From NCBI GenBank assembly GCA_036652735.1, contig JAVVVI010000003.1, positions 42,095 to 106,094 of the forward strand: a stretch of DNA of 64,000 bases, given 5' to 3'. This DNA comes from Lachnospiraceae bacterium (GTDB lineage: Bacteria > Bacillota > Clostridia > Lachnospirales > Lachnospiraceae). Below are positions 36,437-46,728 of the stretch, piece after piece; the stretch's first letter is position 1, and every line of letters starts with the position of its first letter. The position numbers and the translations under genes were made by a program. The notes beneath the pieces were generated by a model. That model did no database searches, was not told the DNA's origin, and saw only the letters and a list, made by a program, of their open reading frames with translations.

Positions 36437-38236
36437 ATGGGAGAATTTAAAAAAGTACCTGTAAGAAGTGAGGTAGATCCAAAGGATACTTGGGCTACCG
36501 AGGATTTGTACGCAACGGATGCGGCATGGGAAGAAGATTTTAAGGTTATGATGGAGTACGGACCTAAAATTGCTGCATTCAAAGGCAGATTAAAGGAAAG
36601 CGGAGAGACACTCTATCAGTATCTTGTATTTAAACAAGAGGCAATGGAACGTATTATGCGTCTTGCAAATTATGCAATGAGAAAAAGCGATCAGGATACG
36701 AAAAATGCCTTGTATCAAGGAATGGTTGCTCGTTTCATGAGCGTAATGGTGGATGTGGAAGCGGAAGCATCTTTTGAGACACCGGAACTAATTGCACTAG
36801 CGGAAGAAACGTTATCACAGTTTTATCTGGACAAACCGGAACTCTGTGATTACAAGAGATTAATTGATGAACAAAGAAGAAGGAAGGACCATATCTTAAG
36901 TGAAGCAGAGGAAAAACTTCTTGCAGCAGCAGGAGAGATGGCAGGTGCACCAAGTACGCTATTTTCCTATTTTGGCAATGCAGATTTAACCTTTGAAAGT
37001 GTAAAGGATGCACAGGGAAGAGAGCGGGAAGTAACGCATGGCAGCTTTATTCCTTTAATGGAGAGCGAGGACCGCAGCTTAAGAAAGGCAGCGCTGGAAT
37101 CAGTATATCATACCTATGAGGGATTTAAGAATACGGCAGCAGGATTCTTATCCGCTCAGGTAAAGCAGTTGCAGTTTTTTGCAAAAGCAAGACATTATAA
37201 TTCCACATTGGAAGCGGCACTTGATGCAACCAATGTTCCAACAGCGGTATATCATAATTTAATCAAGGCAGTACATGAAAATATGGATACCATGTACAAA
37301 TATGTTGCACTTCGTAAAAAGTTACTTGGTGTGGAGGAATTGCATTTCTATGATTTATATACCTCCCTTGTACCAAGTGCAAATGTAGAGATTCCTTTTG
37401 AAGAAGCAAAGAAAACCGTTCTTGATGCAGTAAAGCCATTGGGAAAAGAATATGGAGAAGTGTTAGCCCAGGGATTTGAAAATCGATGGATTGATGTATA
37501 TGAAAATGTTGGAAAGAGAAGTGGTGCTTATTCAGCAGGAGCAAAAGTACATCCGTATGTACTCTTGAATTATTCCGGAACCCTGGATAGTGAATTTACA
37601 TTAGCACACGAGATGGGACATGCAATGCATTCTTATTTATCCAATAAGAATCAGCCAATTTACTCGGATTATGAAATCTTTGTAGCAGAAATTGCGTCCA
37701 CTTGCAATGAATCTCTTTTAATGCAGCACCTGTTAAAGAATACAACGGACAAAATGCAAAGAGCGTATCTTATTAATCATTTCCTGGAGCAGTTTAAAGG
37801 AACCGTGTTCCGTCAAACGATGTTTGCTGAATTTGAAATGAATATCAACCGTATGTCAGAAGAAGGAAAGAGTCTTACGGCAGATGCACTTTGTGAGGAA
37901 TATAGTAAACTTCAGAGATTATACTTTGGAAAGGACATTGTAATTGATCATGAAATTGAATATGAATGGGCAAGAATTCCTCATTTCTTTTACAATTTCT
38001 ATGTGTTCCAGTATGCAACAGGATTCTCATCGGCAATTGCGCTTTCACAGAAGATTCTAAAAGAGGGAGAACCAGCAGTAAAGAAATACCTAGAGTTTTT
38101 AAGTGGAGGATGCAGTCAGGATCCAATTAATCTATTGAAGGGGGCAGGAGTGGATATGACAAGTGCGCAGCCAATCAACGATGCACTGAAATTATTTGGA
38201 GATTTGGTGGACGAACTGGATGAACTTCTAAAATAA
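36437..38236 (+). CDS. pepF: oligoendopeptidase F (M3B metallopeptidase)
   Basis: Zinc motif HEMGHAMH. Length and overall pattern match PepF. Confidence 0.9.
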   Translation: MGEFKKVPVRSEVDPKDTWATEDLYATDAAWEEDFKVMMEYGPKIAAFKGRLKESGETLYQYLVFKQEAMERIMRLANYAMRKSDQDTKNALYQGMVARFMSVMVDVEAEASFETPELIALAEETLSQFYLDKPELCDYKRLIDEQRRRKDHILSEAEEKLLAAAGEMAGAPSTLFSYFGNADLTFESVKDAQGREREVTHGSFIPLMESEDRSLRKAALESVYHTYEGFKNTAAGFLSAQVKQLQFFAKARHYNSTLEAALDATNVPTAVYHNLIKAVHENMDTMYKYVALRKKLLGVEELHFYDLYTSLVPSANVEIPFEEAKKTVLDAVKPLGKEYGEVLAQGFENRWIDVYENVGKRSGAYSAGAKVHPYVLLNYSGTLDSEFTLAHEMGHAMHSYLSNKNQPIYSDYEIFVAEIASTCNESLLMQHLLKNTTDKMQRAYLINHFLEQFKGTVFRQTMFAEFEMNINRMSEEGKSLTADALCEEYSKLQRLYFGKDIVIDHEIEYEWARIPHFFYNFYVFQYATGFSSAIALSQKILKEGEPAVKKYLEFLSGGCSQDPINLLKGAGVDMTSAQPINDALKLFGDLVDELDELLK

Positions 38237-38240
38237 ACTT

Positions 38241-41200
38241 ATGATGAAAAAATTAAGCTGGAAGGCATTGCAAAGGAGCCCGGTTAAAACCGGCCTTCTT
38301 TGCCTGCTGCTTACGCTAATTACAGCTTTTTCCTGCTTGGGAATCAGTATGTTTGACAACAGCAGTAGTTTGCTAAAACAGGCAGACAAAACCTATACAA
38401 CAGTAGGAATTGTGGAGTATACAGCCGGAGATTATCCGGATGAAACAAGCTTTTCAAAGGAGACAGTAAAAAAACTTCGGGCATTTGATCAAAAAACCCT
38501 TGTAGAGCAAAAACAGGTAAAGGAATTTTCAAAATCGGATACCTTAATGGCTTATGTGGATGGTATAGCATTAAGCGACTATTTCAAGCCCCATTTTAAC
38601 AAGTATGCAATTGTGGAATTTAAGGTAATGTATGCAACAGAGGATGGAGGCTATCGCTGTGTATTGACCAAGACACACTATGCGAAGGAAGATAAAACCG
38701 GTGCAACCTTTGGAATTAGTTCGGAAGCAGCATCTGTTATTGGTGAGTTTACATTAGAACCGGAGCATACCTACATTGCCAGTGGAGATCTACGAAGAGA
38801 GGAAAATCTGCTGACGTTTGGTCCAAGCATGGTAAGCGGGATCTGTGATGAGGATACCATTACGACCTATATTAAGGATTATCCAATGGTGGATATCACC
38901 AATAATCCCAATTATTTTGATTCAGAAGAAGGAAAATACTGGAAGAAAATCGCAGAATTCTATCGGGTGGAAAATGGTTCTTTTCAGGTAACTGCCATGG
39001 ATGAATTGGAAACATCCAGAGATTTCTATTTAGGGAGTTTGGAATTACTGGAAGGAAGAACCTGGACAGAGAAAGAGAAAACGTCCGGTGCAAAGGTTTG
39101 CTTACTGGATAAAGGTACCGCAAGTTTTCTTGAGAAAAAAATAGGGGATAACGTTGAACTGAATTTTCACTGTTCAGAGGACCCTGTAAAATTTGCAGAA
39201 AGCTATAATCCGGATGAGGGATTTCTTGAGACCGGGACGTACAAAGTCATAGGAATTTACGATAATCTTAAGACAAGAGGCAGTAATACCATATATTTAC
39301 CAAAGAAGAGCCTTACACATCTTCCAAAAAATCAGGTACATTATAATGTTGGAACTCTGATTTTGGAAAATGGAGAAGGAGAAGCATATTTAAAAGCGGT
39401 AGATGGCATTTTGAAAGAACATTTCAGAGTTACTGTTTATGACCAGGGATATGAAAAAACAGTGGAACCGATTTATGCCATGCGAACAAATGCTATTTTG
39501 ATTCTTATTTTGTGTGGGATTTGTTCAGTAGCGGTATTGGCTTTATTTGCGAGTATCTTTATCTGGAAACAGCAAGAGACCGTGGCGGTTATGACCGCAT
39601 TGGGTACAGGGAAAAAAAGAATTCAAAATTATCTTATGAGTGGAGCCGGAATGGTTGCATTAATTGGATGTATTTTGGGAGGTGTTCTTGGATTCTTTTC
39701 TTCTAAGGCAGTGATTAACTTTGCATATACAATTTCAAAACGCAGTTACATAAGGGATTTACGGTATTCTTCCGTTAATATGGGATTGCAAAAAGAGTTT
39801 CAGGGAGAAATCACTACGTCTCCGTTGTATACACTGCTTATTGTAGCACTGGTTTTTATCAGCGCGATGATTTTGTGTTATTGTATGTCAGAAAAGATTA
39901 TTCGTGTGACAGCGAATTTCGGGGGACAGATTCCCAAGAAAAAGAAACATAATAAAAAGGAAAAAGTTGTCTCAGCGGCAGCGGTTCCAAAAGAAAAATT
40001 TCAATATGAGACAGCCGGACTCAATTTGGAATTTAAAGGCTATCGAAAACTTTTGTTTATGAGCAAGCAAAGTTTCCGGGCGTTAAAAAGGAATCTTCAT
40101 TCCGGAGCATTGCTTCTTATGGTTGCGGTGGTATTGTCTATATTTATGATTTGTTACACAGCAGGAATTGAATATTATGAAAAATCATTGGTAAAGACTT
40201 ATGCTGAACAAAAAGTAGATGCTTATTTTACAACAGTCTGGGGAGAACCACTTGCAGCATGGCAGGTTCCTGAGAAGGCTTTAAGTGCTATAGAAGAGTC
40301 TAAAAACTGTAAGGCATCTTATTGGAACATGGAAGCAAAGTATGAGTATATTGGAAAAATCCAGGCAGAAAAAGGTACAAAGGACTATAAAAAACAACAG
40401 AAGGAAATGTATCAGAAGGCCCAAAAGGTTCTGACAATTCCTCAAAATGCGTTTGCTTTGGAGACGAGAATGGAACGGATTGCCCGTGACAACAGTTTGG
40501 TGCAAACCGAGAATTTAACAAAGACAAAGGAATTCTTTCAGATTATACAGCCAAAGATCACCTATCTGGAAGGGTATGAGAAAGTATTGTCGAAGGGTGA
40601 ACAATTTAAAAAAGAAAAGGAAATGCCGGTACTTTTAACTACTACCATGATGAAAAAAGAAAATCTCTCTTTGGGAGACATCATAGTAATTGGTAATATT
40701 ATCACAGAATACGATCGAACAAGCTATGTGGCACAACCGGTAACCTGTAAAGTGGTTGCGTCCTATCAGTCTGATGTTGGAGAAGACACGATATACTGTT
40801 CCCTGGCAAATGATTTGGGAATTGATGATGTGGTGGACAGGGATTTCAGACTTATGATCAATGGCGTGCCATGGGGTGGAAATAAGACCTATTACCCGGA
40901 GGCGGCTTTTGCCAACTATGAATTAAGGAATGTGGACCGGTTGAAGAAATTAAAAGACAATATGCAGGTGAATGGCATAAGCAGTGTTGGAATCGACGGA
41001 AAAGCCAGAGTTTCATTGATTATTGATGATAAAGAATTAATGCAGACCGTAGAGAACATTGAGAACAATATTGACTTTATGAAGACACTTCGTTATGTAC
41101 TTTTTGTATTTGTAATTTTAATCGGATTTGTAGTATCCTTTATGGTTACAAGAACCAGAAGAGCAGAATTTGCAATTATGCGAAGTATGGGAACGGGAAC

Positions 41201-41420
41201 AACACGAACATTTTTCATCTTTTTCATAGAGCAGCTGATGGTTGCCATCTGCGGAACCTTGATGGGCACACTTCTTTGTCTGGTTTATTTTGGAACACTG
41301 ACACAGGCAGAAGTATTATCGGTCCTGTTATTCTTTGGAATGTTTGTGGCCGGCAGTATTATTGCAATTGTTAAAATGAATCGAAAGAATGTATTAAGTA
41401 TCCTTGGAGCCAAGGAATAG
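38241..41420 (+). CDS. ABC transporter permease with duplicated FtsX/MacB-type modules (1059 aa)
   Basis: Two repeats of TM - large extracytoplasmic domain - three-helix FtsX bundle (AVMTALGTGKKRI and AIMRSMGTGTTRT loops). Starts 4 nt after the pepF stop, with no recognisable SD. Confidence 0.85.
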   Translation: MMKKLSWKALQRSPVKTGLLCLLLTLITAFSCLGISMFDNSSSLLKQADKTYTTVGIVEYTAGDYPDETSFSKETVKKLRAFDQKTLVEQKQVKEFSKSDTLMAYVDGIALSDYFKPHFNKYAIVEFKVMYATEDGGYRCVLTKTHYAKEDKTGATFGISSEAASVIGEFTLEPEHTYIASGDLRREENLLTFGPSMVSGICDEDTITTYIKDYPMVDITNNPNYFDSEEGKYWKKIAEFYRVENGSFQVTAMDELETSRDFYLGSLELLEGRTWTEKEKTSGAKVCLLDKGTASFLEKKIGDNVELNFHCSEDPVKFAESYNPDEGFLETGTYKVIGIYDNLKTRGSNTIYLPKKSLTHLPKNQVHYNVGTLILENGEGEAYLKAVDGILKEHFRVTVYDQGYEKTVEPIYAMRTNAILILILCGICSVAVLALFASIFIWKQQETVAVMTALGTGKKRIQNYLMSGAGMVALIGCILGGVLGFFSSKAVINFAYTISKRSYIRDLRYSSVNMGLQKEFQGEITTSPLYTLLIVALVFISAMILCYCMSEKIIRVTANFGGQIPKKKKHNKKEKVVSAAAVPKEKFQYETAGLNLEFKGYRKLLFMSKQSFRALKRNLHSGALLLMVAVVLSIFMICYTAGIEYYEKSLVKTYAEQKVDAYFTTVWGEPLAAWQVPEKALSAIEESKNCKASYWNMEAKYEYIGKIQAEKGTKDYKKQQKEMYQKAQKVLTIPQNAFALETRMERIARDNSLVQTENLTKTKEFFQIIQPKITYLEGYEKVLSKGEQFKKEKEMPVLLTTTMMKKENLSLGDIIVIGNIITEYDRTSYVAQPVTCKVVASYQSDVGEDTIYCSLANDLGIDDVVDRDFRLMINGVPWGGNKTYYPEAAFANYELRNVDRLKKLKDNMQVNGISSVGIDGKARVSLIIDDKELMQTVENIENNIDFMKTLRYVLFVFVILIGFVVSFMVTRTRRAEFAIMRSMGTGTTRTFFIFFIEQLMVAICGTLMGTLLCLVYFGTLTQAEVLSVLLFFGMFVAGSIIAIVKMNRKNVLSILGAKE

Positions 41421-41428
41421 GAGGAGAG

Positions 41429-42109
41429 ATGGGAATATTAAAACTAAACGATGTGTGTTATCAATACAAAAATCGCTATCAGACAGTAGACGCATTGAAA
41501 GGAATCAGCTATGATTTTAATGAGTCCAAGGTGTATGCTATTGTTGGGAAAAGTGGAAGTGGAAAGACCACACTTCTGTCTCTCCTTGCAGGGTTGGATT
41601 TACCAACTTCCGGTGACATAGAATTTCAGGGAACGTCAACAAAGAAAATGGACAGGGACACCTATCGAAGAGAATATGCAACCGTAATCTATCAGACGTT
41701 CAATCTGCTTCCACTGCTGACGGTTTTGGAAAATGTAATGTATCCATTGGAATTAAAGGGTATGAGTTCAAAGTCAGCAAAAGAGATTGCGGGAGAGAGA
41801 ATTGCCAAGGTTGGATTGGATCCTGAAGTATACGCCAATCGCTTTCCGGCTATGTTGAGTGGAGGAGAACGGCAGCGAATTGCAATTGCACGGGCACTTG
41901 CAACGGATGCCAAAGTTATTTTAGCAGATGAGCCTACGGGCAATTTAGATGTGGAAAATTCAAAGAATGTTATGGAAGTATTAACCGGATTGTCCCATGA
42001 AGGTGGTTACTGTGTTATTATTGTTACGCATGATATGGCGCTTGCAGAAAAAGCAGATATTTGTTTGCGTGTAAGTGATGGTAAATTAAAGGTTGACAAA
42101 CCACAGTAA
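41429..42109 (+). CDS. ABC transporter ATP-binding protein (MacB/LolD-type)
   Basis: GKSGSGKTT, LSGGERQRIAIARA, ILADEPTGNLD. GGAGGAG SD. Confidence 0.9.
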   Translation: MGILKLNDVCYQYKNRYQTVDALKGISYDFNESKVYAIVGKSGSGKTTLLSLLAGLDLPTSGDIEFQGTSTKKMDRDTYRREYATVIYQTFNLLPLLTVLENVMYPLELKGMSSKSAKEIAGERIAKVGLDPEVYANRFPAMLSGGERQRIAIARALATDAKVILADEPTGNLDVENSKNVMEVLTGLSHEGGYCVIIVTHDMALAEKADICLRVSDGKLKVDKPQ

Positions 42110-42217
42110 AATTCGTTATTATGGGGGTATCCGCAGAGCGTCTTATTGCGGTTTTCCGTGCGTAGGCACATACAAATATAAACTATAAATTTTAATAAGA
42201 AATGGGAGGTACTTAGA

Positions 42218-43306
42218 ATGGGAAAAGTATGGAATTTCTCAGCAGGACCAGCAATCTTACCAAAAGAGGTATTACAAGAAGTAGCAGAGGAGATGGTAGA
42301 ATACAGAGGATCCGGAATGTCTGTAATTGAGATGAGCCATCGAGGACCAATTGTAGATGGAATCATTAAAGAAGCAGAGCAGGATTTACGCGACGTAATG
42401 AACATCCCTGATAATTACAAAGTATTATTTTTACAGGGTGGAGCATCTCAGCAGTTTGCAGCAGTTCCAATGAATCTTATGAAAAATGGAATTGCAGACT
42501 ATATTGTAACCGGACAGTGGGCAAAAAAAGCATTTGCTGAAGCAAAAATGTATGGGACAGCAAATAAGATTGCAACATCAGAAGATGAAACCTTCAGTTA
42601 TATTCCTGATTGTTCCGATCTTCCAATTTCTGATAATGCAGATTATGTATATATCTGCGAAAACAATACTATTTATGGAACCAAGTATCACACACTCCCA
42701 AATACAAAGGGAAGAGAATTAGTATCAGACCAGTCTTCCTGCTTTTTATCAGAACCGGTAGATGTTACCAAATATGGTGTCATTTATGGTGGAGTTCAGA
42801 AGAACATTGGACCTGCAGGTCTTGTAATTGCCATTATCCGTGAAGATTTAATTCGTGAAGAAGTATGGCCTGGAACACCAACCATGTTAAAATGGAAGAC
42901 ACAGGCAGATGCAGCATCTTTATATAATACACCAAACGTATTTGCAATTTATGTATGTGGAAAAGTATTCAAGTGGTTAAAGAAGATGGGTGGACTCTCC
43001 GTTATGCAAAAACGTAACCAGGAGAAAGCAGCTGTATTATATGATTATTTAGATCAGAGCAAATTATTTAAAGGTACTGTAAGAAAAGAAGACCGTTCTC
43101 TTATGAATGTGCCATTTGTAACCGTAACAGGAGACAAGGATCTGGAAGCAAAGTTTATTAAAGAAGCAAAAGCAGAAGGATTTGAGAACTTAAAGGGCCA
43201 CAAGACCGTTGGAGGTATGCGTGCATCCATCTACAATGCAATGCCAAAAGAGGGCGTAGAGGAACTTGTTAAGTTTATGAAGAAGTTTGAAGAGGAGAAT
43301 AAATAA
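42218..43306 (+). CDS. serC: 3-phosphoserine aminotransferase
   Basis: NFSAGPAILPKEVL N-terminus. PLP-lysine region GGVQKNIGPAGLVIAIIRED. GGMRASIYNAMP C-terminus. Confidence 0.9.
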   Translation: MGKVWNFSAGPAILPKEVLQEVAEEMVEYRGSGMSVIEMSHRGPIVDGIIKEAEQDLRDVMNIPDNYKVLFLQGGASQQFAAVPMNLMKNGIADYIVTGQWAKKAFAEAKMYGTANKIATSEDETFSYIPDCSDLPISDNADYVYICENNTIYGTKYHTLPNTKGRELVSDQSSCFLSEPVDVTKYGVIYGGVQKNIGPAGLVIAIIREDLIREEVWPGTPTMLKWKTQADAASLYNTPNVFAIYVCGKVFKWLKKMGGLSVMQKRNQEKAAVLYDYLDQSKLFKGTVRKEDRSLMNVPFVTVTGDKDLEAKFIKEAKAEGFENLKGHKTVGGMRASIYNAMPKEGVEELVKFMKKFEEENK

Positions 43307-44457
43307 TGTATAATTATCATTGTTTGAATGCCATATCAGAAGTTGGCCTAAAAGAGTTTTCAGCTGATTATGTAAAAGTAGAAGCAATCAATGATGCAGA
43401 AGCAGTGTTGGTACGTAGTGCTGCTATGCATGATATGGATTTACCAAAGGGATTAAAAGCAATTGCCCGAGCAGGTGCAGGAGTGAATAATATTCCATTG
43501 GATAAATGCGCAGAGGCAGGAACGGTTGTATTTAATACACCGGGAGCAAATGCAAATGCAGTAAAGGAATTAGTTTTAACCGGAATGTTAATTGCAAATC
43601 GTAATGTAGTACCTGCTGTAAACTGGGTTCAGTCCATTAAGGATCAGGAGGGTGTTGGACCAGCAGTTGAAAAAGGGAAAAAACAATTTGTTGGTCATGA
43701 AATTTCAGGAAAGACATTAGGAATTATTGGACTTGGTGCCATTGGATTTAAGGTAGCGCAAAGCGCCGCAGCACTTGGAATGAAAATCGTAGGATATGAT
43801 GCATTCCCACTTTCACCGGAGAAAAAATCCGCACTTCCGGAAGGAACTGTTATTGTGAATGAAATTGATGAGTTGTATGCAGATGCTGATTTTATTACCG
43901 TGCATGTTCCACTTATGGATTCCACCAAGGAAATGTTTAACAAAGAATCTTTTGCAAAGATGAAAGATGGCGTTGTATTACTTAACTTCTCCCGTGACAA
44001 ACTGGTTCGTGACGCAGACATGAAGGAAGCATTAACAAGTGGAAAAGTATTCCGTTATGTTACGGACTTCCCAAATGATGTAACAGCAGGAATGGAAGGG
44101 GTAATTGCAACTCCACACCTTGGAGCATCTACAGAGGAAGCAGAAGAAAACTGTGCAGCAATGGCAGTACAGGAAGTAAGAGAATTCTTTGAAAAAGGAA
44201 ACCTGGTACATCCTGTGAATTTCCCTGGACTTGAAATGGAACGCAGTGGAAAGACAAGAGTATGTGTACTTTTCAAAGGAGCGTCCATTAAAGATGCAGT
44301 TACCAAAGAACTTACAGGAAAAGGAATTACGGTAAAGGCTTCCAAGGAAGCTGTGAAAGGTGATTTTGGATACTGTGTACTTGATTGTGATGAAGACGTA
44401 GCATGTGATGCAGTTACAAAGAGTGAAGCTGTTTTACGTGTAATGATTGTGAAATAA
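43306..44457 (+). CDS. serA: D-3-phosphoglycerate dehydrogenase (short form with C-terminal regulatory domain)
   Basis: TAATG overlap with serC. Rossmann GIIGLGAIG. 2-hydroxyacid dehydrogenase motifs HVPL and TPHLGASTEEA. Confidence 0.85.
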   Translation: MYNYHCLNAISEVGLKEFSADYVKVEAINDAEAVLVRSAAMHDMDLPKGLKAIARAGAGVNNIPLDKCAEAGTVVFNTPGANANAVKELVLTGMLIANRNVVPAVNWVQSIKDQEGVGPAVEKGKKQFVGHEISGKTLGIIGLGAIGFKVAQSAAALGMKIVGYDAFPLSPEKKSALPEGTVIVNEIDELYADADFITVHVPLMDSTKEMFNKESFAKMKDGVVLLNFSRDKLVRDADMKEALTSGKVFRYVTDFPNDVTAGMEGVIATPHLGASTEEAEENCAAMAVQEVREFFEKGNLVHPVNFPGLEMERSGKTRVCVLFKGASIKDAVTKELTGKGITVKASKEAVKGDFGYCVLDCDEDVACDAVTKSEAVLRVMIVK

Positions 44458-44468
44458 AGGAGAAATAT

Positions 44469-45710
44469 ATGCCAAAGGTAACACCGTTTAGAGGGATTCG
44501 TCCAAATCCCAGCGTTGTAGAGCGTGTAGCAGCACTTCCTTACGACGTATATAATAGAAAAGAAGCATGTGAAGTAACAAAGAGAGAACCACTTTCCTTT
44601 TTGAATATTGACCGTGCAGAGACACAGTTTTCCAGTGATGTCGATACGTATGCACCTTGTGTCTATGAAAAAGCAAGAGAACTTCTTGATGCAAGAATTG
44701 CTGATGGAACATTTATTCAAGACGAAAAACCGGTTTATTATGTATATGCACTTACAATGGATGGACGTACACAGACCGGAATTGTTGCTTGTTCAGATAT
44801 TGACGATTATCAGAATAATACTATTAAGAAGCATGAGAATACAAGAGAAAGCAAGGAGCAGGATCGAATTCGCCACGTAGATGCAACCGATGCACATACC
44901 GGACCGATCTTCCTTGTATACCGTCAAATTGATTCCATACGTCAGATTGTGGCAAAGACAAAAGAAACGACTCCAATCTATAATTATGTTGCAGAAGATG
45001 GAGTAAGACATGCTGCCTGGATAATTGATAATCCAGCAGATGTGAAGCTTATAGAAGAAGGTTTTGCTAAGATTCCGGCGACTTATATTGCGGATGGCCA
45101 TCATAGATGTGCGTCTGCCGTAAAGGTAGGACTAAAAAGAAGAGCTGAGAATCCAAATCACACAGGGAAGGAAGGCTATAATCGCTTTCTATCTGTTCTT
45201 TTCCCGGATGATGAAATGATGATTATGGATTATAACCGTGTGGTAAAAGACTTAAATGGTTTAACAGAAGATGCATTTATGGAGAGACTTACGCAGCTCT
45301 TTACGGTAGAATGTAAAGGACAGACGCAGGTACACCCAGAGAAAAAAGGTACATTCGGAATGTATCTTTCCAATAACTGGTATCACTTAACTGCAAAGCA
45401 GGATATTTTATCAGAAGATGCAGTAGAAGGATTGGATGTATCGGTACTTCAAAATAGCTTACTGGGACCGGTACTTGGAATTGGTGATCCACGAACAGAT
45501 GAAAGAATTGATTTCATCGGTGGAATTCGTGGATTAGATGAATTGGAAAAACGCTGTAAAGAAGACATGACCGTTGCTTTTGCAATGTATCCAACGTCAA
45601 TTGAAGAATTATTATCGGTTGCAGATGCAAAACGCCTGATGCCACCAAAATCAACCTGGTTTGAACCGAAGTTAAGAAGTGGTTTATTTATCCATCGATT
45701 GACCGACTAG
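44469..45710 (+). CDS. DUF1015 family protein (function unknown)
   Basis: N-terminal PFRGIRP. HENTRESKEQDR segment. ADGHHR motif (DGHHR codons 45093-45107). 11 nt downstream of serA. Confidence 0.8.
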   Translation: MPKVTPFRGIRPNPSVVERVAALPYDVYNRKEACEVTKREPLSFLNIDRAETQFSSDVDTYAPCVYEKARELLDARIADGTFIQDEKPVYYVYALTMDGRTQTGIVACSDIDDYQNNTIKKHENTRESKEQDRIRHVDATDAHTGPIFLVYRQIDSIRQIVAKTKETTPIYNYVAEDGVRHAAWIIDNPADVKLIEEGFAKIPATYIADGHHRCASAVKVGLKRRAENPNHTGKEGYNRFLSVLFPDDEMMIMDYNRVVKDLNGLTEDAFMERLTQLFTVECKGQTQVHPEKKGTFGMYLSNNWYHLTAKQDILSEDAVEGLDVSVLQNSLLGPVLGIGDPRTDERIDFIGGIRGLDELEKRCKEDMTVAFAMYPTSIEELLSVADAKRLMPPKSTWFEPKLRSGLFIHRLTD

Positions 45711-45726
45711 AAAATCAACCAATAAA

Positions 45727-45751
45727 AAGGGAGGCATTTGCCTTCCTTTTT
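45727..45751 (+). terminator. rho-independent terminator after the serCA-DUF1015 operon
   Basis: AAGGGAGGCA (45727-45736) / TGCCTTCCTT (45739-45748) with one G-U pair, running into TTTTT. Confidence 0.7.
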
Positions 45752-45834
45752 CACTTTCACAAACAACTGGAATGTGTTACAATGATGTAGGTGTAAAAGT
45801 GCACCGAGATAATATACCCGAAGGAGAAGATGAT

Positions 45835-46728
45835 ATGGATAAAATTTTAGAATGCGTCCCTAACTTTAGTGAGGGAAGAGATTTAAACAAATTAGAAAAG
45901 ATTTTGGATTGTTTTCGTGGGAAAAACGGAGTTAAATTATTGGATTATAGTTCAGATGAAGATCACAACCGTTCTGTTGTAACCGTAATTGGTGAGCCGG
46001 AAGCTTTAAAAGAGGCTATGGTAGCGGCAATTGGCAAAGCGGTAGAATTAATTGATATGACAAAACATCAGGGACAACATCCACGTATGGGTTGTGTAGA
46101 TGTAGTTCCATTTATTCCAATTCGTAATGTGACAATGGAAGAGGCAGATGCAATTGCCAAAGAAGTTGCAAAAGAAGCTTCTGAAAAGTATTCACAGCCA
46201 TTTTTTCTATATGAAAAATCAGCATCCGCGCCACATCGTGAAAATCTTGCAAAAATCAGAAAAGGTCAATTTGAGGGAATGGCTGAAAAAATGCTGGACC
46301 AGAATTTATGGAAACCTGATTTTGGACCAAACACCATTCATCCAACCGGAGGAGTTACTGCAATAGGAGCAAGAATGCCATTGGTAGCGTTTAATATTAA
46401 TTTGGATACACCAAATATTGAAATTGCTGATAAAATTGCTAAAAAGGTACGTCATATTGGAGGCGGATTCCGTTTTGTTAAAGCAATGGGCGTTATGCTT
46501 ACAGAAAGAAATATAGCGCAGGTATCCATGAACCTTACAGATTTTACCAAATCAAATGTATATAGTGTGTTTGAAGCCGTTAAAATGGAAGCAAAAAGAT
46601 ATGGTGTGAATGTTGTAGGAAGTGAAGTAATTGGTCTTGTACCAATGGCAGCTTTAATTGATGCAGCAGAATATTACTTGCAAATTGAGAATTTTGATAT
46701 CAACCAGGTACTGGAGGCAAGACTATAA
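45835..46728 (+). CDS. glutamate formimidoyltransferase (FtcD N-terminal-type)
   Basis: MDKILECVPNFSEGRD N-terminus. AAGGAGAAG SD before the ATG at 45835. The ORF-track start at 45772 lacks an SD. Confidence 0.85.
   Translation: MDKILECVPNFSEGRDLNKLEKILDCFRGKNGVKLLDYSSDEDHNRSVVTVIGEPEALKEAMVAAIGKAVELIDMTKHQGQHPRMGCVDVVPFIPIRNVTMEEADAIAKEVAKEASEKYSQPFFLYEKSASAPHRENLAKIRKGQFEGMAEKMLDQNLWKPDFGPNTIHPTGGVTAIGARMPLVAFNINLDTPNIEIADKIAKKVRHIGGGFRFVKAMGVMLTERNIAQVSMNLTDFTKSNVYSVFEAVKMEAKRYGVNVVGSEVIGLVPMAALIDAAEYYLQIENFDINQVLEARL

Noticed and set aside
44055-44720. 221-aa minus-strand ORF spanning the serA/DUF1015 junction
   Set aside because: It is entirely antisense to two well-supported genes with clear family motifs. 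Its translation is low-complexity (Ser/Thr/Cys/Phe-rich) with no SD or recognisable domain. It is a typical shadow ORF.
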